Below, piece after piece: positions 60,266-64,000 of a stretch of 64,000 bases of DNA (the first letter of the stretch is position 1; every line of letters begins with the position of its first letter). The translations under genes were made by a program, and so were the position numbers. Location of the stretch: contig NIVC01000910.1 in assembly GCA_002269645.1 (NCBI GenBank), positions 1-64,000 of the forward strand, in the 5' to 3' direction. The notes under the pieces were generated by a model. That model did not search any database and was not told the origin of the DNA. It worked only from the letters and a program-made list of their open reading frames with translations. The stretch comes from Macrostomum lignano (Eukaryota).

Positions 60266-63200
60266 ATGGCCACCTCATCGAGTCAAGAGGACGAGCCGGT
60301 GGACCCAGCTGTCAGCCACGAATTTGGACCGAGTGGTAAGTTTTTTCATTCCATTGCTGGTTTTATGAACTCATGCATTTCTGTTTGTTGCATTCCTGTC
60401 TCTTAGCAACGGAATTATTTATATTTTTCTCGCCTACACAACAATTCCCAAATGGTTCCCAACAGGATTAAGCCGGAGAACTCACAATAATGAGACATTT
60501 TTATTCCTCATTAGATGAATTGACAAAAATGCGAAAGCAGAACTCCATCTATTTCTTCAATAATAACTCTTCAAATTCTTTTTTTACACTTATACGTAGC
60601 TCGTATTGATTAATAAAAAAATATTAAATCTAGATATAAGGTAGTAGGATAAATAGTATACTCGTAAGTGTAAAAAAGGGCAATAAAATATTCGACTTCC
60701 ATAACTCCCAGAGACATTTCTCATCATTTCCACTTTCCATAAATATTTTTAATACTATCTTCCCTTCTTCAATTGTAGGACCTTCATTCACCCTGGCGTT
60801 AAAAACCAGCGCTCACGAAGATGTTCTTCAAGTTCATCGATTTACACCTGGAGCTGCCACTGAAACATTCGAGTTTCTCGATTTCTGCAAAATCGCAGTG
60901 CAGCAGTGTCTTGAAATTCGCTTCGACTCTTCGGATAATTGCTCTGTTAAAGCTCAGATCAAACTGAATTTGCGCATGGTCAGAGTGCAGGCGTCAGAAG
61001 CTGTCAAGGGGAGGATAAATGGATGAGCACACAACTCGGATTGGTGGTAGATATACAGGAGTTTGATGATTGGTGGAGACAGCAGTTTACAGAGCTGGAG
61101 CGCAAAGTCGATGTCTACAACACCAACGGTAGTGGCTGGATAATTGAAAAAATCAATTTTTTTGAACTTTACTCAGCTCTCGTCGAACGAGTTTCCTACT
61201 ACACGGGGCATGCTGCGGAATTTATTCTACCGACTCCACTTCTTCGGAAGAAGGCGGTTATTTGTCCTCCAAGCAATGGTGTAAATTGCTTTCTTTACGC
61301 ATGCCTTGCTTTTCTGCACAAGGAAGACAACAAAATAAAGAAATCAGCGCAACGCGAGTCTTCCTACACTGACTGGCTGGATGAACTTAACATGAGTGGA
61401 ATTGACTTGCCAATCAATGTCACCGACCTTTCCATTGTTGAGAGACTGAACCCGAGACTTTGCTTCACGGTTTTCATCTGGGAGAAAGAGAGCGCTTAAG
61501 TCCTCCGCTTGCCTACTGCAGCTACAATTAAAGATCGAGAAGTTGTTCTACTCTTATTTATTCCACCATCAGAAGACGAGGCCTCGGGTCATTGGTGTGC
61601 TGTTTCAAGCATCAACAGGCTTCTTAATAGCAAGGCAGCTCTGCATCGGCGGAAGTGGTGTGAGCGCTGCTTGCTGCCCTTTCATAGTGATGCAGCCTTT
61701 GAAGAACACAGCCGAGCTCCTTGTCAACCTGGAGTGATCAACGTCAAGGAAGAGTTGCCAGATGAAAGGAATAATATTCTCCGATTCTCATCATGGGAAA
61801 AAACAATTAGTCCGCCATTTGTTGTTTACGCCGACTTCGAAGCATTGAATGCTCCATGCCAAGAAGATTCGATTGCTGGTATAGCAACGAAGAAGTTAAC
61901 TGAGCACATTGCTGTTGCTGCTGGCTAGATCGTGCTGCACAGAGAAGGGATGACTGGTCTAGCGCCCAGAGGAGCGGATGATAAAGTGAGCACTTTTGTC
62001 AGCGACGATCCTAATAAGTGCATTTCCGATTTCCTGCAATCGCTGGAGAAGCTCGCTCGTGAAGTTTACGGCTGGAACACGGAGTTCAGTCGACAAGCAG
62101 CGATAAGAACAGAGATGGCAGGGCGACAGTTCAGAGAAGCCACAGCTTGCTGCTATTGTAGAAGCGAATTCACGGAAGGGTCCAATAAACATTGGGATCA
62201 CGACCACCTCAGCGGAGAATTTCGGGGAGCTGCGTGTGCTGATTGTAATATGAAGGCCAGACTAAAGAGGTCTTTCCTTCCCGTCGTGTTCCACAATTTC
62301 AAGGGGTACGATCTCCATCTCATGATGTCATCCGCTTTGGGTCTGATGGAGGGTTGGAAAATCTCCGTCATCCCTCTGAATCCAGAGCAGTTTCTGTCGA
62401 TGAAAATCGAATTTAAAATCGGCGAGTATGAGAGTGAGGGCAAGATCAAGCCTTTAAATTTTACTATTCAGTTCATTGATTCGAATCAATTTCTTAATGC
62501 CAGCCTCTCACAGCTCATCAAAAATTTACCAGAGGCTGAATGTCGTATCACTAGTCGCCTACGCAGCAGCAGATTCCCACTGCTATCATCCGAAGTGCTT
62601 TTCAGCAAGGGAGTTTTCCCGTATGACTATCTTAAAAATTCAGACGTGCTGAAGGATGCCGTGCTTCCCAGCCAAGAGAGCTTCTACAATGCTCTGACTA
62701 AGAGCCACTGCACCAACTCTGACTATGAGCATGCTCAACGCGCCTGGCGAGAATTTCAGGTTTCAAATCTAAAAGAGTACATGCTGTGCTACCTCGAGCT
62801 CGACATCAGGCAGTTGGCTGATATTTTTGAAAATTTTCGCAAGATCAGCATGCAAGAGGATGGCCTTGATCCAGTCCATTTTATTTCGACACCAGGCCTA
62901 TCATTCGCTTCGGCATTGAAATCCATCAAGTCAGGGATTGAACTGCTAACAGATGCGCAGATGTATTCGCTGTTTGAGCGCGGCATTCGCGGCGGCATGT
63001 CGTTTGTTAACATCCACAAAGTGCAGGCTACCTCAGCAGCGGGCGCCAGCACTGGTGTTGACAGCAATGAGGATGTTGATGGTGGCACTCCTACTATTCA
63101 TGCTGGCCTCACCGAGCTTCTTGCTGTGGATGCAAACAACCTGTATGGACAGGCGCTCACTATGAACTTACCAGTCGGAGGATTCCGTTGGCTGGACGAT

Positions 63201-64000
63201 GATGAGCTGCTTTTGTGGACTGAAGATCGCATTCGAGGACTCAAGCTAACCGATCCACTCGCCTACCTCTTTGATGTTGACCTTGAGTATCCCCCAGAGA
63301 TTCACGAAACCACCGAAGACCTACCATTTGCACCGGAAAAGGCTGCCCGAATTTCAGGGAATTTCCTGAATACATGCAGCAGCTGTGGGAAAAGGTCGGT
63401 ACGGAGAACTCCACCTATCATCCGACAGAGAAGCTGATGCTCACTTGTCACGATAAGCCTTCCTATGTGGTTCATTCCTCTATTTTGGCGTTCTACCTGA
63501 ACCATGGAATGCGGGTTAGACGCATCAATCGCATGATTGAGTTTCACCAAGAGCCTCTCTTTGCTGCCTACGTCGAGAAAAATAGCCAGAAGCGGGCTGC
63601 AGCGAAAACCAACTTCGAAAAGGATTTCTACAAGTTAAAGAATAACGCGCTATTCGGCAAAACTATGGAGAATGTGCGAAAGCGGCGTGATATTCGAGTC
63701 TGCACCAACGTGGAAAAGGTAAAGGTACTGCTTGCCAAGCCGACAATTACCAATTTTATCATAATTACTGATTCACTAAGCGTTTTGGAACTGCAAAAGA
63801 CAAAATTAAAGCTCGATCGGCCTATTTTTATCGGGCAATGCGTCCTAGACTTTTCGAAAATGATTATGTACGAGCTGTTTTACGACAAACTGAAGCCCTG
63901 GATAGAGAACGATGGAGGTGTCATCAAGCTATGCGGTGGTGATACCGATTCTTTCTTTCTCTCAATCAGCAACATGAGCGTTCAGTCTAAAGTTCTACCG
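60266..64000 (+). pseudogene. polB: Protein-primed family B DNA polymerase, spliced and interrupted
   Basis: Exon 1 60266-60335 (GTAAGT donor) joins 60779 in phase 1. Motifs NGSGW, YADFE, EndoVII-like CCYC..DHDHLSGEFRGAACADCN, HNFKGYD, IDS, KGVFPY, DANNLYG, KLKNNALFGK and GDTDS. In-frame stops at 61497 and 61926; frameshifts near 61010 and 63360. Confidence 0.9.

Larger units (their letters stand above)
57631..64000 (+). mobile_element. Polinton/Maverick (adintovirus-like) element, left arm
   Basis: AGTAGTAGTA terminus at 57631 (preceded by candidate 6-bp TSD TGGGAC), GC-richer TIR-like block, and a downstream protein-primed PolB. Confidence 0.85.

Overview
Repeat-rich animal (invertebrate-type) nuclear DNA; minisatellite-filled introns and GC-rich exons recall a Macrostomum-like flatworm, but the species cannot be fixed from the sequence. 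Left to right: (1) 1-9.2 kb and 21.2-33.5 kb are two related blocks of minus-strand spliced genes that look like parts of a large KDZ (Kyakuja-Dileera-Zisupton) DNA transposon. They encode an intact ~830-aa CxC-KDZ transposase, two double-C2H2 zinc-finger units, a PR-Set7/KMT5A-like SET methyltransferase and an HMG-box-like protein. (2) 9.3-21.2 kb holds a polypyrimidine tract, a 10-unit ~600-bp macrosatellite with (GAATA)n, and 3' exons of a DLK/LZK (MAP3K12/13)-like host gene. (3) 33.5-43.1 kb is a young minus-strand Ty3/Gypsy retrotransposon with three tandem tRNA-Leu PBS copies and a truncated 3' LTR. (4) 43.5-52.6 kb is the 3' half of a phospholipase C-beta gene. (5) 57.6 kb to the end is the left arm of a Polinton/Maverick with a spliced protein-primed PolB. 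The main discovery is a conserved ~230-300-nt RNA module 220-260 nt after the stop codon of the transposase, SET and HMG-like ORFs. It ends in a complete, covarying HDV-like ribozyme fold (two identical copies, one diverged copy, and a probable decayed fourth), and there is no AATAAA between stop codon and ribozyme. This suggests a DNA transposon that processes its transcripts with self-cleaving RNAs. Several reading frames are broken by apparent 1-bp losses in homopolymer runs, which may be long-read errors.
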